56,710 nucleotides of DNA, from positions 1-56,710 of the forward strand of contig CAUVMF010000001.1 of assembly GCA_963552975.1 (NCBI GenBank), read 5' to 3'. Under the pieces are notes generated by a model, which was not told the origin of the DNA, searched no databases, and saw only the letters and a program-made list of their open reading frames with translations. Positions 38,201 through 47,789 of this stretch are shown here, one piece after another; the first letter of the stretch is position 1, and each line of letters starts with the position of its first letter. The DNA comes from an uncultured Selenomonas sp. Its GTDB lineage: Bacteria > Bacillota > Negativicutes > Selenomonadales > Selenomonadaceae. The position numbers and the translations under genes are program-made.

Positions 38201-41200
38201 GCAGGACGCACGGGCGGTTCCAAGAACAACCGCGTCGTCGTTGAGAATACGGGAGCCGGCAGAGGTCTCACTTACGTCTATGGCGGCGCAGTTACGAATA
38301 AGAAAAACGCTGAGGGCACGGTGACAGGCAACAGTGTCACGCTGAAAAATGGTCGTACTAGCACGGTCTACGGCGGCTATACGCGGGGCAAGGGCGCGGT
38401 CGGCGGCAGTGCGGATGGCGAGGGCAATGCGGTGACGCTTGAGGATGGCACAGCGGGCGATGTCTACGGCGGTGCCATCGACAATGCGGACAGCACGGCC
38501 GCTGTCACGGGCAACAAGGTCACGATCCAAAACGGTACATACAACCGGCTCTATGGTGGTCATACCAAGGGCAAGGGTGCGGCGCAGAACAATGAGGTCA
38601 CGATCTCGGGCGGCACGAGCAGCGATGATGTTCACGGCGGCTACACGCATGACGGCGGCGCGGCGACGGGCAACAAAGTGACGTTGACGGGCGGCGTCGT
38701 TGACGGTGTGGTCTACGGCGGCTATACGTATGGCGGCGGGGATGCCACGGGCAACATAGTGACGCTCACGGGCGGCACGGTGACGGATAAGGTCTACGCC
38801 GGATACGCGAACAGCAGCGGTGCGACCACGGGCAATACGGTGAACCTCGGGAACGGCACGGGGCTTGCGGCGGGTGCCAACCTCTCACAGACCTCCATTT
38901 ACGGCGGCAACAAAGACGATGTCACGGGCAATACGCTGAACGTCAAGGGCAAGAACATGACCGTGAAGACAGCGGGCAAGTTCGAGAACTATACATTCCA
39001 TCTGGGGAATGATGTAAAGGATGGCGATACGCTGCTGACGTTCGCACAGGCGGGCGGATTTGACGGTGATGACGTAGACTGGTCAAAGATCACACTCAAT
39101 GCGGATAAACTCCATGCGTGGAGCGTGGGCAAACAGCGCACGAATCGCGTCACACTCCTCTCTGCGGCGGGCATGACGTTCATGGGCACGGCAAATCAGC
39201 GCCTGCTGAACGTACATGACGGCATGGAGTTCGGTCTGCGCACGGATAATGTGGGCTCCGCGACGGCGAACAAGATCTTCCTTGAGGCGAACCGTTTCAA
39301 GGACGGCGTGGTTGACTTTACCGCCGCGACAACGGGCGAGGCACTTGGCGGCATCTCCCATTTCGGCAATACGACGGAGCACAATACGCTGACGGTCAAG
39401 AGTCTCGCCGCAGGTGCGCACAGTGCCTACGGCGGCAAGACGATGGGCGCGGCGGGCGGCTCAATCAAGAATACAGTCACGGTTACAGGGACGGGCGCAG
39501 GGACGCTGACGAATGTCTACGGCGGCTATGTTGATAAGGCTGCGAACAGCGGTGATGTCACGGGCAACACAGTCACGCTCTCGGGCGGCACGGTGTCGGG
39601 TAAGGTCTACGGCGGCTATACGAACGGCGGCGGTGCGACCACGGGCAATACGGTCAACATCGGTGCAGATCCGACGACGCTGAAACAGGGCGATACCTCG
39701 ACGCTCGCGGCGGGCACGAACCTCACGAATGCGGAGCTTTACGGCGGCAACAAGGGCGCGGCGGGCAATACGCTGAACGTCACGGTGAAGGATGCTGCGG
39801 CGAAGAAGGCGCAGAACTTTGAGAAGTATACGTTCTATCTGACGAACTCCGTTGCGGCGGACAAGCCGTCGAGCGGCAAGGTCGAGGATGCGTTCACCAA
39901 GACGCGCGGCACGATGCTGTCCCTTGCGAACGGGTTCGACGGGCAGACGGTGGACTGGAACAAGGTCACGGTCGATACGTCGAAGCTCTCTGCCGACAAG
40001 ACGCTGGGTGCAATCACGCTGATGAAGAGTGGAACCGCGGGCAAGCTGAAGTTCTCGAACTATGCGGCGAAAAATCACGCCGTCAGCGGCGACTATGAGA
40101 TCGTCCAGCGCACGGACACGAATACGGGCGAGGCAAACTCCGTTCTCATCGACGTGAACCGTTTCCGAAACGGCGATGTCGTCTATGACGGTGTAAAGAC
40201 GGATGCCAAGACCTATGCCGGCGTTTCCTATGGCGGCAATACGGCGGAGAACAACAAGATTACGCTCACGGGTATTGCCTCCGGTAAGACCATCAAATAC
40301 CTCTCGGGCGGACGCGCGGAGGGCGCCTCGAAGCTCGTCAATGGAGTCATGCAGGGCGGCGCGGTCAAGAACACCGTGAATATCCTCGGCACGGGTGCGG
40401 GTACACTCGAAGAGGTGTACGGCGGCTACATCGGCAAGGAGACGAATGCCGCAGACGCCACGGGCAACACGGTCAACATCACGGGCGGCACGGTCGAAAA
40501 GAATATCTACGGCGGCTATACGAACGGTACGGGTGCGACGACGGGCAACACGGTCAATGTCGGCTATACGGACGACAAGAAGACATTCCATGCGGTCGCT
40601 GACGGAACACGCGTGAAGGGCACGATCTACGGCGGAAACAAGTCCGCTAAGGGCAACGTGCTGAACGTGCGCGGCGCGATTACGGCGGGGCAGGTAGCGA
40701 ACTTTGAGCATCTGAATTTTGCTGTGAACAAGGATACGGCGGGCAAGACACTGCTGACGATTGGCGGCGGTGGGAAAACCACAGGCCTTGATTGGAAGAA
40801 ACTGACGGCGCATGTCACCACGACTGACCTGCCGACGAAGAGCTATGCGGCGACGCGTGTCACACTGATGAAAAACGCAGCGGGGCTTGACTTCGGCGCG
40901 ACGTATGACAAGTCAAAGGAAATCGTCGCGGACGATGTCTATGAGTTCAGCGTGGACAAGGACAATACGTCCGTCTATGCGGATGGCTACCGCTTCAAGG
41001 ACAACAAGACGGCTTCCTATGCGGCGACGGACGGCTCCCACACAGAGGCATGGGGCGGGCGCTCCGAGATGGGCAGGACGGCAGAGGGGAACGTGCTCAC
41101 CGTCACGGGCGGCACGATCACAGATACCGCGTACGGCGGCACGTCGCGCAAGGGGGCAGCGAAGAAGAATCAGCTCATCATGCGCGGCGGTTCGGCGCAG

Positions 41201-42790
41201 AACCTCGTCGGCGGCTTTGGCGCGTCAGCATCGGATAACACGGTGGATGTGTTCGGCGGCACGATCGGCGGCGATGTGTACGGCGGCCGTGCGATAAACG
41301 GGGCGGCAGAGCGCAATACGGTGAATCTGCGCGGCGGCGTTACGATCGGCGGCACGATTCACGGCGGCGCCGGCACGGGCAGTGCGGGCAATACGCTTGC
41401 CGTGCATTCGTTCGGCGCACAGGCGAAGGATTTTGCAAATGTGCAGAATCTCCATTTCTACCTGCCGGCGGGAACGACGGCGGCAGAGAAGCGGTCGATG
41501 CTGACGCTGACGAATACGGGTGAAACGAATATTAAGGGACTGCATCTCGGTGTCGGGATTGCAGGTGATGCGAAAGTGTTCAAGAAAGGTGATGCGATCA
41601 GCCTGCTGAAGGTGGGTGGCAAACTGACGACGGATGCGGAGCTGAAAAACACGGGCAAGGATACGATGAAGGCGACGCAGGGCGGCATCCTTGACTATAC
41701 GCTCGGGATTGCGAAGCGTGGAGAGAATGAACTCATTGCAACGGTGAAGAACGTTGATGTGAACGATCGGAGCAAGTCGCCGGTCGAGACGCGCGTGGCG
41801 GCGAGTGCGATGATTAACGCGGGCACAGATCTCCTGACGAACGCGGGTATGGCGGCTGCTGTCGAGGCGGCAAGCGGCGCCATCTCCGCCGCAACGGTGG
41901 GTGCTTCCTCTGCATCCGGCGAGACAAACACGGAGAGCAACCATACTGCAATGGGGATCGCTGCGACAGAGATGGGGGCCTCGAACGCAGCTGCAACCAG
42001 CGGATTCCAGCCGTGGGCGGCGCAGGGCGGCTCTGCCATGCGGATTCACTCCGGCTCCTATGTGGATGCAAAGGGGTGGAACCTCAATGTCGGTTTTGCA
42101 CGCATGAATGAGGTGAACGACGCAGTGCTGACCTATGGACCCTTCGTCGAGTATGGGCGCAGCACATATGACTCCTATCTGGACGACGGCACACACGGCA
42201 GCGGCAAGATGAGCTACATCGGCGGCGGTGTGATGGCGAAGATGGAGCAGCAGAGCGGCACCTATGTCGAGGGCAGCCTGCGTGTGGGCCGCGTAAAGAG
42301 CGACTACACGGGAAGTGATGATGCTGCATCGATGAGCTACGACAACTCGAACACGTACTATGCAGGACATATCGGCGTCGGTCACGCGTGGAAACGCGCG
42401 GGCGGCGATAAGATCGAGGGCTATGCGAAGTATTTCTACTCCCATCAGGAAGGAAATACGACGAAACTGCGCTCGGGCGCAGCGTTTGATTTCGGAGGCG
42501 TGGACTCGCACCGTCTGCGCGTCGGCGCGCGTTATGCGCATGTAGACAGCGCAAATAGCGAGGTCTATGCGGGACTTGCGTACGAGTATGAGTTCAGCGG
42601 CGATGCGACGGCGTCCTATCAGGGCTACAGCACACCGAGCCCCTCGCTCGGCGGCGGAACAGGCATCCTCGAGCTCGGCTATCGCTTCGCTCCGAAGGAC
42701 GGCCGCGTCAGCTACGGCGTAAATCTCATGGGGATGACCGGCAAGCGTGAAGGTGTTGCCGGTGGTGTCCAGATCAACTGGGCGTTCTGA
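35300..42790 (+). CDS. Giant autotransporter/adhesin 2 (~2496 aa), paralog of autotransporter 1
   Basis: RBS GAGGAGGAG before ATG 35300; signal peptide similar to autotransporter 1; repeated beta-helix modules; beta-barrel ending VQINWAF. Confidence 0.9.
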   Translation: MFNGLKEKRQLALYVALGLSTGGGLLFHAPAAYAADVTIPSSDTSHRTGVNGTTETGNADGNNVTIGESGAAGPDINGDVVGGSATAGNVANNKVTINSISLGSGKVIYGGKSSAGAATGNTVTIAGGTLNSNNKIIGGEGTASSTSNGNIVNLNGGTLDGAEIWGSYYGSNNTLYQSTSDKIKGNTLNVGASGLAVERLRNFENYNFNLTEKVTAGSVMLDIGDYRAFGSQTPAEWSKITLTGKENDTDKTKYGRVGTITLMSSHSGGGLSINGYAVGGRTGTTGDYEYKLYTDINFIFSQPVGATYVRADINRFQNADATANNVTGTAVYGGYSSLGNTTTENKIKITNTNNTNLNVYGGYTAGAGDSTKNTVTIAGTSKVKNVYGGYVTAANAKADGNTVNIESGGTVSGHIYGGYANGNGTTTNNTVNLGDADHTDLAGTTLTNSEIHGGNKAATGNTLNVNAKNITVKSVNHFENYKFKLSSATTFGDTMLTVTDAGDFSGTGVDFDKITVDRAGLSDLAQTHGIQRLTLLKRNGMLKFNNYAARELGSATDTHEFGLVTDTGTKTAHALMLEASRFKGSNVTYDGTTPTFGGEVYGGFSRFGHTTTGNTLTVTGKPTSGTPLSYAYGGKNEGAAGAVTGNTATLILPNNNTAIKDVYGGKITNAANAGEVSGNIVNMKKGTVEYAVGGQTDGTGAAKNNTVNLTGGTVTKEIYGGLSDKGAATGNTVTISGGTVGSYTPADVYGGKKTANVGSSTSNNTVNLGAEDGSYNADLTKANIHGDNSTDGAVNNNTLNVRGKNITVNSVDNFDKYKFTLNNNIKDGDTMLTLANGGFGREIDFANNFGLDTSKLTGKPTGLITLVKSATGTLKFKSGYVPRDLGSTDNVEYFVGTDTGEREGSSVIMGYNIFKGNTWTYNGTNPPNAKELFGGVSYNNHTTESNTLTITNTSTTEWVGNTYGGKTAGRTGGSKNNRVVVENTGAGRGLTYVYGGAVTNKKNAEGTVTGNSVTLKNGRTSTVYGGYTRGKGAVGGSADGEGNAVTLEDGTAGDVYGGAIDNADSTAAVTGNKVTIQNGTYNRLYGGHTKGKGAAQNNEVTISGGTSSDDVHGGYTHDGGAATGNKVTLTGGVVDGVVYGGYTYGGGDATGNIVTLTGGTVTDKVYAGYANSSGATTGNTVNLGNGTGLAAGANLSQTSIYGGNKDDVTGNTLNVKGKNMTVKTAGKFENYTFHLGNDVKDGDTLLTFAQAGGFDGDDVDWSKITLNADKLHAWSVGKQRTNRVTLLSAAGMTFMGTANQRLLNVHDGMEFGLRTDNVGSATANKIFLEANRFKDGVVDFTAATTGEALGGISHFGNTTEHNTLTVKSLAAGAHSAYGGKTMGAAGGSIKNTVTVTGTGAGTLTNVYGGYVDKAANSGDVTGNTVTLSGGTVSGKVYGGYTNGGGATTGNTVNIGADPTTLKQGDTSTLAAGTNLTNAELYGGNKGAAGNTLNVTVKDAAAKKAQNFEKYTFYLTNSVAADKPSSGKVEDAFTKTRGTMLSLANGFDGQTVDWNKVTVDTSKLSADKTLGAITLMKSGTAGKLKFSNYAAKNHAVSGDYEIVQRTDTNTGEANSVLIDVNRFRNGDVVYDGVKTDAKTYAGVSYGGNTAENNKITLTGIASGKTIKYLSGGRAEGASKLVNGVMQGGAVKNTVNILGTGAGTLEEVYGGYIGKETNAADATGNTVNITGGTVEKNIYGGYTNGTGATTGNTVNVGYTDDKKTFHAVADGTRVKGTIYGGNKSAKGNVLNVRGAITAGQVANFEHLNFAVNKDTAGKTLLTIGGGGKTTGLDWKKLTAHVTTTDLPTKSYAATRVTLMKNAAGLDFGATYDKSKEIVADDVYEFSVDKDNTSVYADGYRFKDNKTASYAATDGSHTEAWGGRSEMGRTAEGNVLTVTGGTITDTAYGGTSRKGAAKKNQLIMRGGSAQNLVGGFGASASDNTVDVFGGTIGGDVYGGRAINGAAERNTVNLRGGVTIGGTIHGGAGTGSAGNTLAVHSFGAQAKDFANVQNLHFYLPAGTTAAEKRSMLTLTNTGETNIKGLHLGVGIAGDAKVFKKGDAISLLKVGGKLTTDAELKNTGKDTMKATQGGILDYTLGIAKRGENELIATVKNVDVNDRSKSPVETRVAASAMINAGTDLLTNAGMAAAVEAASGAISAATVGASSASGETNTESNHTAMGIAATEMGASNAAATSGFQPWAAQGGSAMRIHSGSYVDAKGWNLNVGFARMNEVNDAVLTYGPFVEYGRSTYDSYLDDGTHGSGKMSYIGGGVMAKMEQQSGTYVEGSLRVGRVKSDYTGSDDAASMSYDNSNTYYAGHIGVGHAWKRAGGDKIEGYAKYFYSHQEGNTTKLRSGAAFDFGGVDSHRLRVGARYAHVDSANSEVYAGLAYEYEFSGDATASYQGYSTPSPSLGGGTGILELGYRFAPKDGRVSYGVNLMGMTGKREGVAGGVQINWAF

Positions 42791-42798
42791 TATTTTCG

Positions 42799-42825
42799 GA
42801 AAGGCAGCTTTCGGGCTGTCTTTTC
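42799..42825 (+). terminator. Terminator after autotransporter 2
   Basis: AAAGGCAGC-TTTCGG-GCTGTCTTT followed by TC. Confidence 0.75.
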
Positions 42826-42923
42826 TGTATACAGAATTATTTTCATCGGGCGGTTGCGTGCGTGGGAGAATCGTTCTATAATAAGGACGCCCGCAAGGGC
42901 AGTATATAAAAGAGGTGATACGA

Positions 42924-43238
42924 GTGAGTGATACGTACAGTGTCGCCATCAGCTATGGCGACGTTCTCGGCTGGATTGACTACGATGCGGCTTCGCGTTC
43001 TGCGACGGTGAACCTTGCGGATGAGAAGGGGCGCGCAGCGGTGGAGGAGTTTCTCGCCGCTGACCATGAGGTTGAGGTGCCGCATAAGACGCTGATGGAC
43101 TTTACAAAGGAAACGGTGACCCCGCTCGCAGATGAGGAGAGTTTCAAACTGGCTCTCACACGCCTGTGGAATGAGACGAACGTCCAGGTGGACTGGTCGC
43201 GTCCCGTCGACTATGTGAAGGCGCACCCGCACTACTGA
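42924..43238 (+). CDS. Small conserved hypothetical protein
   Basis: Host-like codon usage; upstream TTGCGT-17-TATAAT and RBS GAGGTG; start is GTG 42924 or 42915. Confidence 0.65.
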   Translation: MSDTYSVAISYGDVLGWIDYDAASRSATVNLADEKGRAAVEEFLAADHEVEVPHKTLMDFTKETVTPLADEESFKLALTRLWNETNVQVDWSRPVDYVKAHPHY

Positions 43239-43304
43239 GAAAGTGTAGCTGCATTTTCTCCAATGATTTACGCCGTCCGTGGGGGGATGGCGGGAGGAGT
43301 TTTT

Positions 43305-44285
43305 ATGATTCGTATTGGTATTCTTGGCTATGGTAATCTCGGCCGCGGTGTGGAGTACGCCGTCGAGGCAAATAAGGATATGGAGCTCGTCGTCATCTTT
43401 ACGCGGCGCGATCCCGCGTCGGTGAAGCCGCGCACAAACGTGCCCGTTGTTCATGCGGACAAGGCGGCGGACTGGAAGGACAAGGTTGACGTTCTGATTC
43501 TCTGCGGCGGTTCTGCAACGGATCTGCCCGCGCAGACGCCCGCATTTGCAAAGCTGTTCAATGTGGTGGACAGCTTCGACACGCACGCAAAGATTCCCGC
43601 GCATTTTGCGGCGGTGGATGCGGCGGCAAAGGCGGCGGGACATGTCGGCGTGATCTCGGTCGGCTGGGATCCGGGCTTGTTTTCCCTTACGCGCACCTAT
43701 GCGAATACCGTCCTCACGAATGGGGCGGACTATACGTTCTGGGGGCGCGGTGTCAGTCAGGGACACTCGGATGCGATCCGCCGCATCCCGGGCGTAAGGG
43801 ATGCCAAGCAGTACACCGTTCCCGTGCCCGCCGCGCTCGATGCCGTGCGCAGCGGCTCGAACCCGACGCTCACGACGCGTGAGAAGCACACGCGTGAGTG
43901 CTACGTCGTGCTCGAGGAGGGCGCGGACGCGGCTGCGGTCGAGAAGGCGATCGTGACGATGCCGAACTATTTCGCGGACTATGATACGACGGTGCACTTT
44001 ATCAGCGAGGAGGAGCTGCAGCGCGACCATGCGGGGCTGCCCCACGCGGGATTTGTCATTCGTACGGGTGCGACCGGCAAGGGGGGCGCGCATAAGCACG
44101 TCATTGAGTTCAGCCTGAAGCTCGACTCGAACCCCGAGTTCACGGCGTGTGTCCTCGCCGCCTATGCGCGTGCGGCGCATCGTCTCGCGTCCGAGGGCGC
44201 GACGGGCTGCAAGACCGTGCTCGACATCGCCCCCGCCTATCTCTCGGCGAAGAGCGGAGACGAGCTGCGCGCTTCGCTTCTATAA
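43305..44285 (+). CDS. ddh: meso-diaminopimelate D-dehydrogenase
   Basis: GYGNLGRG, LCGGSATDL, VDSFDTHA, VGWDPG, TFWG-GVSQGHSDA, SNPEFT. Confidence 0.95.
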   Translation: MIRIGILGYGNLGRGVEYAVEANKDMELVVIFTRRDPASVKPRTNVPVVHADKAADWKDKVDVLILCGGSATDLPAQTPAFAKLFNVVDSFDTHAKIPAHFAAVDAAAKAAGHVGVISVGWDPGLFSLTRTYANTVLTNGADYTFWGRGVSQGHSDAIRRIPGVRDAKQYTVPVPAALDAVRSGSNPTLTTREKHTRECYVVLEEGADAAAVEKAIVTMPNYFADYDTTVHFISEEELQRDHAGLPHAGFVIRTGATGKGGAHKHVIEFSLKLDSNPEFTACVLAAYARAAHRLASEGATGCKTVLDIAPAYLSAKSGDELRASLL

Positions 44286-44374
44286 CATCATAGCTTTTCA
44301 AAGTGCCTTGCGCGGATTGCGCGAGGTACTTTTTAACGGGAGAATTTTTGTTGTTTTCAGAAAGGAGGAGCAGC

Positions 44375-45001
44375 ATGGGACTGCTTCGCAAATTTTTTAG
44401 TAATTGCGGGAAACCGCAGGGACGAATGGGCCGGGTCGTCGTTGCGATGATGAATCGTGGTCATGTGGGCATTGCGGCGTGGGGATTTTCGCATCTCGAC
44501 CTGCAAGGGAATGAGCAGGTGCTTGACTGCGGCTGCGGCGGTGGTGCGAACGTCGCCGTGTTCCTGCGGATGGTGGACGAGGGACATGTGACGGGGCTGG
44601 ACTATTCGCCCGTCTCCGTAGCGAAGTCGCGTGCGGTGAACCGCGCGGCGATTGATGCGGGCTGTTGTGAGATCGTGCAGGGGAATGTGCAGGAGCTTCC
44701 GTTTGGCGATGGGCAGTTCGATGTTGTGACGGCATTCGAGACGGTGTATTTCTGGCCGGAGATTGCGTGCTGCTTCGCCGAGGTTCATCGCGTGCTGAAA
44801 TCCGGCGGCGTGTTCATGATTACGAACGAGACGACGGGAAAGACAGGCGCACATGAGAAGTGGCAAAAGCTCGTCGATGGGATGTCCGTCTATACGGGCG
44901 AGGAGCTCGAAGCTCTGCTCATCGGTGCGGGCTTTGCACGTGTGGAGGTGGATGAGGATTTGAAAGCGGATCGCCTCAACGTGCGCGCGTATAAGGCGTA
45001 G
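44375..45001 (+). CDS. Class I SAM-dependent methyltransferase
   Basis: LDCGCGGG motif I, FDVVTAFETVYFW, RVLKSGG. Confidence 0.9.
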   Translation: MGLLRKFFSNCGKPQGRMGRVVVAMMNRGHVGIAAWGFSHLDLQGNEQVLDCGCGGGANVAVFLRMVDEGHVTGLDYSPVSVAKSRAVNRAAIDAGCCEIVQGNVQELPFGDGQFDVVTAFETVYFWPEIACCFAEVHRVLKSGGVFMITNETTGKTGAHEKWQKLVDGMSVYTGEELEALLIGAGFARVEVDEDLKADRLNVRAYKA

Positions 45002-45019
45002 CAGTCTTTTTGATACGAT

Positions 45020-45051
45020 AAAAGCGTCCCGCAGCTGACGGGACGCTTTTG
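45020..45051 (+). terminator. Intrinsic terminator
   Basis: AAAAGCGTCCCG-loop-CGGGACGCTTTT. Confidence 0.8.
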
Positions 45052-45114
45052 CTATTTCACTCAAAAGATTTTTCTGTTATAGTAGAGAGAACAACGACAG
45101 AAAGGAGTGCTGCT

Positions 45115-46020
45115 ATGGCAATCACCCCACCGACCCCGCCGACACCCCCGTCGCCGCCGAAGATCACGCTCGGGGATGCGGCGCGTGATGCGCAGGCGAA
45201 TACGACGCATACGACGGGCGATGCGCAGGCGGAGCAGCAGGCGCGCGACTCCGTGGCGCAGGGCAATGGTGCGCTCTCGAAGACGACGACAGGCGCGCCA
45301 AAGACGGGTGACACGGCGGAGCGTCCGAATGCTGCCGCACGTACGGATGCCGCAAAAGGCGATTCCGTCAGCACCTCTGCATCGAAGGTGGATCGCGGGA
45401 CAAAGGTCGAGGGGCAGACGGGCGCAGATGTCGCAAACGGTCTCGACATGGCGCAGGAGAATGCGGCGCTCAAGCAGCAACTTGCAAATACGGAGCAAAA
45501 GCCGCCAGCGGCACCGCAGTCCTACACGGCAACGAGCGGTCTTTACTGGGCGGGGATGATTGTCGCCGCACTTGTGCTCGGGATTGTTTTCTTTCGCCGA
45601 TTCTTTCAGAAGAAGCCGCAGACGGATGCGGAGACGGAGCCCTCGCTCGGCGAGCGTATCCTTGCGCGTGAACGCGCCGAGGAGGAGGGAGCGGTGCCCA
45701 TGGGCGCACAGGAGCGCGGCGCGCACGATGATCTGCTGGCAGTTGCGGAGCGCACGAAACGTGCACGTGATACGCGCAGCGAGATCCTGCCTGAGTTCAC
45801 GGGGCTGACGGCGGGCGAGGCACTCGCGCGTCTGATGGAGGAGGAACCGCGTGCAGCGGATGCACGGCGCACGCCAGCGCCGACCGTCAGGACATCGGCG
45901 CCGCAGCCACCGGTGAAGAAGCCCCCTGCAGAGCCGCCTGCCCCTGCGCAGCCGCCCGCAAAGCGCATCGCGCCGCAGGAAAGCGAGGAGGAGAAGCCGC
46001 GCTTCGAGGTGCGGGTATAG
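45115..46020 (+). CDS. Hypothetical single-pass membrane protein with Pro/Ala/Thr-rich low-complexity arms
   Basis: RBS AAGGAG; central transmembrane segment LYWAGMIVAALVLGIVFF followed by RR; C-terminus FEVRV. Confidence 0.7.
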   Translation: MAITPPTPPTPPSPPKITLGDAARDAQANTTHTTGDAQAEQQARDSVAQGNGALSKTTTGAPKTGDTAERPNAAARTDAAKGDSVSTSASKVDRGTKVEGQTGADVANGLDMAQENAALKQQLANTEQKPPAAPQSYTATSGLYWAGMIVAALVLGIVFFRRFFQKKPQTDAETEPSLGERILARERAEEEGAVPMGAQERGAHDDLLAVAERTKRARDTRSEILPEFTGLTAGEALARLMEEEPRAADARRTPAPTVRTSAPQPPVKKPPAEPPAPAQPPAKRIAPQESEEEKPRFEVRV

Positions 46021-46051
46021 ACGTATACACGCACGCAGCAGCTAAAACATA

Positions 46052-46080
46052 TTGACAAACGCTCATGTGTGGGTGATAAT
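46052..46080 (+). promoter_or_regulatory. sigma70 promoter for ilvN-ilvC
   Basis: TTGACA-17 nt-GATAAT. Confidence 0.65.
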
Positions 46081-46127
46081 GAAGGGCACGAAATCACCTG
46101 CGGCGCGGCGGAGAGGAGTTTGTTATC

Positions 46128-46658
46128 ATGAAACATGTGCTGTCCGTCTTTGTTGAGAACCAGACGGGGGTTCTGGTGCGCGTCGTGAGTATGTTTTCGC
46201 GGCGCGAGTTCAACATCGACAGCCTGTCTGTCGGCGTGACGGAGTCGCCGGATTTCTCGCGCATCACGGTTGTGATGCAGGGGGATGGAAATCTCGTCGA
46301 GCAGATGATCAAGCAGCTGGAAAAGATGCCCGTCGTGCGGGCGGTTCAGCGGCTGGACGAAAAGAGCGCAGCGTGCCGCGGCATGACGCTCATCAAGGTG
46401 CGGGCGGACGATGCGAATCGTCTCGACGTGCTCAAGATGGGCGAGCTGTTCCGGGCGCACGTCGTCGATGTGGAGTCCTCCTCGATCATCTTTGAGATCA
46501 CGGGCAGCGATGACAAGGTGACGGCGTTCCTGAAGGTAATCAAACCCTACGGCATCGTCGAAGTCATCCGCACGGGGCTCATTGCGCTCGAGCGAGGGGA
46601 ACACACAATTTATGAGCATTGTGAGGAGCGGGAGTACTATGGCAAAAACTTACTATGA
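46128..46658 (+). CDS. ilvN: Acetolactate synthase small (regulatory) subunit
   Basis: ACT domain [24 protein letters not shown] at the C-terminus. Confidence 0.94.
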   Translation: MKHVLSVFVENQTGVLVRVVSMFSRREFNIDSLSVGVTESPDFSRITVVMQGDGNLVEQMIKQLEKMPVVRAVQRLDEKSAACRGMTLIKVRADDANRLDVLKMGELFRAHVVDVESSSIIFEITGSDDKVTAFLKVIKPYGIVEVIRTGLIALERGEHTIYEHCEEREYYGKNLL

Positions 46659-47655
46659 TCAGGATGTCAACTGGAGCGTGCTCGAGGGCAAGACGGTCGC
46701 GGTCATCGGCTACGGCAGTCAGGGGCATGCACACGCGCTGAACCTCAAGGACAGCGGAATCAATGTCGTCATTGGGCTCTATGCGGGCTCGAAATCGGCG
46801 AAGCTCGCCGAGGAAGACGGGCTGAAGGTTCTCCCCGTGGCAGAGGCGGTAAAGCAGGCAGATGTCACGATGATCCTCATTCCGGACGAGAAGCAGGCGG
46901 CGCTCTACAAGAGCGAGATTGCGCCGAACCTTAGACCTAACAGTGCACTCGCGTTCGCACACGGCTTCAACATCCATTTCAACCAGATCGTCCCCGCCGA
47001 TGACATCGACGTGTTCATGGTTGCACCGAAGGGTCCCGGTCACCTCGTCCGCCGTACGTTCCGCGAGGGCGGCGGCGTTCCCGATGTGTTCGCGGTCGGA
47101 CAGGATGCGACGGGCACATGCTTTGACCTCGCGCTTGCGTACGCACGCGGCATCGGCGGCACGCGCGCGGGCGTCATTCAGACGACGTTCCAGGAGGAGA
47201 CGGAGACCGATCTCTTCGGTGAGCAGGTCGTTCTTTGCGGCGGCGTGACCCACCTCATCCAGAACGGCTTTGAGACGCTGATCGAGGCGGGCTATCAGCC
47301 GGAGATCGCATACTTTGAGTGCTTCCACGAGATGAAGCTCATCGTCGATCTCATGTACGAGGGTGGTATGGCGAAGATGCGCAAGTCCATCTCCGACACG
47401 GCGGAGTACGGCGACTATACGCGCGGCCCGCGCATCATCACGGATGAGACGAAGGCGGAGATGAAGAAAATCCTTGGCGAGATTCAGGACGGCACATTTG
47501 CGCGTCAGTGGCTCACGGAGAACAATGCGGCAGGGCGCGCGAACTTCCTCGCGGAGCGCCGCATCCACGCAGAGCATCCGATCGAGGAGGTCGGTGCGGA
47601 GCTGCGCGGCATGATGTCGTGGCTCAAGGACGGCGCGGATTTGCGTAAGGACTAA
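46639..47655 (+). CDS. ilvC: Ketol-acid reductoisomerase
   Basis: [48 protein letters not shown]. Confidence 0.97.
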   Translation: MAKTYYDQDVNWSVLEGKTVAVIGYGSQGHAHALNLKDSGINVVIGLYAGSKSAKLAEEDGLKVLPVAEAVKQADVTMILIPDEKQAALYKSEIAPNLRPNSALAFAHGFNIHFNQIVPADDIDVFMVAPKGPGHLVRRTFREGGGVPDVFAVGQDATGTCFDLALAYARGIGGTRAGVIQTTFQEETETDLFGEQVVLCGGVTHLIQNGFETLIEAGYQPEIAYFECFHEMKLIVDLMYEGGMAKMRKSISDTAEYGDYTRGPRIITDETKAEMKKILGEIQDGTFARQWLTENNAAGRANFLAERRIHAEHPIEEVGAELRGMMSWLKDGADLRKD

Positions 47656-47660
47656 CTCAC

Positions 47661-47724
47661 CGCTCCCCTGCCTGCCCCGCCGCAGCGGGGAAGGGGGACC
47701 ATGCGCAGCGTGGTGGAAGGAGCG
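47661..47724. repeat. GC-rich REP-like palindromic element
   Basis: Two hairpins, CCCCGC-CGCA-GCGGGG and ACCATGC-GCA-GCGTGGT, enclosed by CGCTCC/GGAGCG; a related hairpin lies at 56578-56601. Confidence 0.55.
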
Positions 47725-47742
47725 CTTTATCAAGGGCACAAC

Positions 47743-47766
47743 AAAGGGGCTGCATAGCCCCTTTTT
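47743..47766 (+). terminator. Terminator-like hairpin between ilvC and leuC
   Basis: AAGGGGCT-GCAT-AGCCCCTT followed by TTT. Confidence 0.6.
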
Positions 47767-47789
47767 CTGTATATTTTGGAGGGCTATGA

